In this document: positions 61,711 through 64,000 of the stretch, one piece after another
Layout of the letters: each line of letters starts with the position of its first letter
Numbering within the stretch: the first letter of the stretch is position 1
Source of the DNA: Felis catus
Taxonomy: Eukaryota
Assembly: GCF_018350175.1 (NCBI RefSeq)
Contig: NC_058383.1
Coordinates: 27,716,001 to 27,780,000, forward strand
Reading direction: 5' to 3'
Length of the DNA: 64,000 nucleotides
Notes under the pieces: model-generated
What the model was told of the DNA's origin: nothing
The model's input: the letters and a program-made list of their open reading frames with translations, nothing else
Databases searched by the model: none
Translations under genes and position numbers: made by a program

Positions 61711-63732
61711 TTGTGGGATGAATGGACACACCGGCCACCAGACCCGCGGTCAGCACAGGACACAGGCGGCACGGCTGGATACTATGTTGGTCCCCAGCTC
61801 CGTCTCCCCAGCGGGGCCATCTCAGGGCCTTGAACTCATCAGCTCTGGCTCTCTTGTGTTTGCACCAAAAGTGGCATCCTCTGAGCGTCTCAGAAACAGC
61901 CAAGTGGCAGAAACCCTCTTAAAAGGGAGAAAGAGAGCCAGCGACGCTGCTTGGCCTAGGGGTGGCACAGCCCTCGTGCTGGAAACCAGCTGGGACCTCT
62001 AGCTGAGCCCAGGAGGGTGGGGCCATCATCAGTCGGACACCCCTGAGGCTATCAAGAGAGCGTGCCTCACCTCCAGCGAAAAGACAAGGAGACAGGGAGG
62101 GAGGGGGGAGGTGGAAAGAGACAGAAAAGAGGAAATTGTGCTCTCATTACAAGATGGTATTTGGAATAACGTAGAAATTCAAAACAAATATTGAACAACT
62201 TGCAAACTGCATTTTCCTGGGACTTTTCTCTTGGCTTTTTTGGTTTGTTTGCTTTAATTGAAATCTGCGTGCTTCAGTGAGCTCATGTGACACGCCATGT
62301 TCAGTTATTCCAAATGACTGGGGCCACATGATGCTCCATTTCTCGTCAGCTGCAGAGCACATTTTATGTTTCAGGAACTACAGTCCCATCAGTCTGTAAC
62401 TATCATATTGCACCGAAATGGCTTTGGCACTCAGGTACAATGGCACTTCCCGAGTGATTGGGAGGGTCGTCCCTGGGTCAAAGATGAGCAGGGATCGGGA
62501 AAAGCAGATGGTTCCCTGTGTACCCCCTAGGGAAAAGGACATAAAATTGGACGGGGAAAACCAGCTACAGGAGAACAGAGCACAGCACCCTGGGGCGGGG
62601 GGGTCCCCTGACCCTGGAGTTAGAAAAACAGGGGTAAAAAAGCCCAAGAATGTAGCTGGAAAAACTGGGGCAGGGAGGAGACATGAAGTAACCCACTTTA
62701 TTTCCGGAGACATTCCAACTAGCCCCTGCCTGTTATATTCTCAAGACTGGAAGCTTGTACCAAATCACCCCCACATGGGGTACGTTGTACTAATTCCCTG
62801 AATTCAAATATTAGAGTTTTTTTTTTCCTACCTTACCACAGAGGAAATAATTTTTCTCAAAACAAAAAAACAAGCACAGATTTACTCACAGTGCTAAGAG
62901 CGAATACAGAAATTGCTCTATTGATAGACGGCTGGGCCAGTGACCTGATTTACTCCTAGCAACCACCATATAAAGTAGGTGTTATTTCCATTTTACAAAG
63001 CCTGTCATTGCTGAGCCATCAGACCAATGCCAGCAACCACACACCTCTAGACTCTGTGTCACCTGGATTTTTCTGTTACTGTAGGTGAACGCATCTCTAA
63101 CCAATATTGTTATTAGAAGCTGAACCAAAGTAGTAGGTTTTTGTTTTCATTATTGAAATGCTTCAGGGTCTACTGCTTTGGTGTCTCTCCCTTTCTTGCT
63201 GGTTCCAAACCGCATGTAAGTTCTTTGCTGTTGGACTAGAAGACTGAGGGGCAAGTCTGGGCAGTCCCTACATTAGCACCAGTTCGAAATAGCAGCCTAG
63301 AACTCCTCTTTCCTGGTGCTGGGGTGCTGGATTCACTGGAGATGCCCCAAAGCAGCAGCTCCAATGGGAAATAAATGAGTCTGATTTTAGAAGAGACAGG
63401 CCCATCTTCCCTCCTCGCTACCAATGTCATCATATGACCGTAATTCCGAATAATGAGAATAGGCACTTAATACACATTCACCGTAATCAATGCCTCTCAC
63501 CGCAAGCATCCTTCATTTCTCCCATCTCCAATCTGTGTGGAAGAGGGAAATTGCAGTGTAGTATATTCCAGAAACATGCAAAGGCCCTTCAACTGGCCAT
63601 TCCCTCAGTTTTTTTTCAGAACAGGAAGTGAGGAAACTGATGAGCAGTAGCACTGGTGTGTCCTGCCTCTCTCTAGAGTAGGACATACTCTGTCCTGAGC
63701 TCAAGCAGCCTTGATTTAAACTGGTAACAGAA

Positions 63733-64000
63733 GGGGCACCTGGGTGGCTCAGTTGGTTGAGTATCTGACTCTTGATTTCAGCTCAGGTCATGATCTCATG
63801 TTTCCTGCGATTTCAGCTCAGGTCATGATCTCACGGTTCCTGAGATTGAGTCCCACATCAGGCTCTGCACTGACAGCGTGGAGCCTGCTTGGGATTCTCC
63901 TTCTCCCTTTCTCTCTGCCTCTCCCCTCATCCTGCTCTCTCTTCCTCCCTCAAAAAAAACATAATAAATAAACTTAAAAATAAAATAAAATAAAATAAAA
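63733..64000 (+). mobile_element. Can-SINE with internal 35-bp duplication; tail runs to the window end
   Basis: ggggcacctgggtggctcagttggttgag head; gatttcagctcaggtcatgatctca occurs twice; (taaaa)n tail. Confidence 0.93.

Overview
This is mammalian non-coding DNA, almost certainly from a felid or other feliform carnivore: it carries about 20 tRNA-derived Can-SINEs of SINEC_Fc type, carnivore L1 3' ends and a young feline ERV1-type solo LTR. A large fraction is interspersed repeat: old and young L1, MIR/L2, MaLR/ERVL LTRs, ERV1 solo LTRs and hAT/Tigger DNA transposon fossils, often nested. I could not identify any host protein-coding exon. The recognisable ORFs are decayed L1 ORF2 or ERVL integrase; the rest look like SINE-derived or chance ORFs. 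The window is probably a large intron or an intergenic region. The most unusual items are tailless retro-insertions: a 66-bp L1 5'-end-only insert carrying a YY1 motif between perfect 17-18 bp target-site duplications (TSDs), an old U6 5' fragment with a decayed TSD, and a tailless SINE. Also notable are a chimeric SINE that may mark a SINE-SINE recombination deletion, a CpG-rich solo LTR lacking matching TSDs, an LTR-less ERVL/MaLR fusion, and several recent tandem duplications. I see no supportable new multi-gene system. Repeat family names come from my recall of consensus sequences, not a database search. Boundaries without TSDs are approximate.
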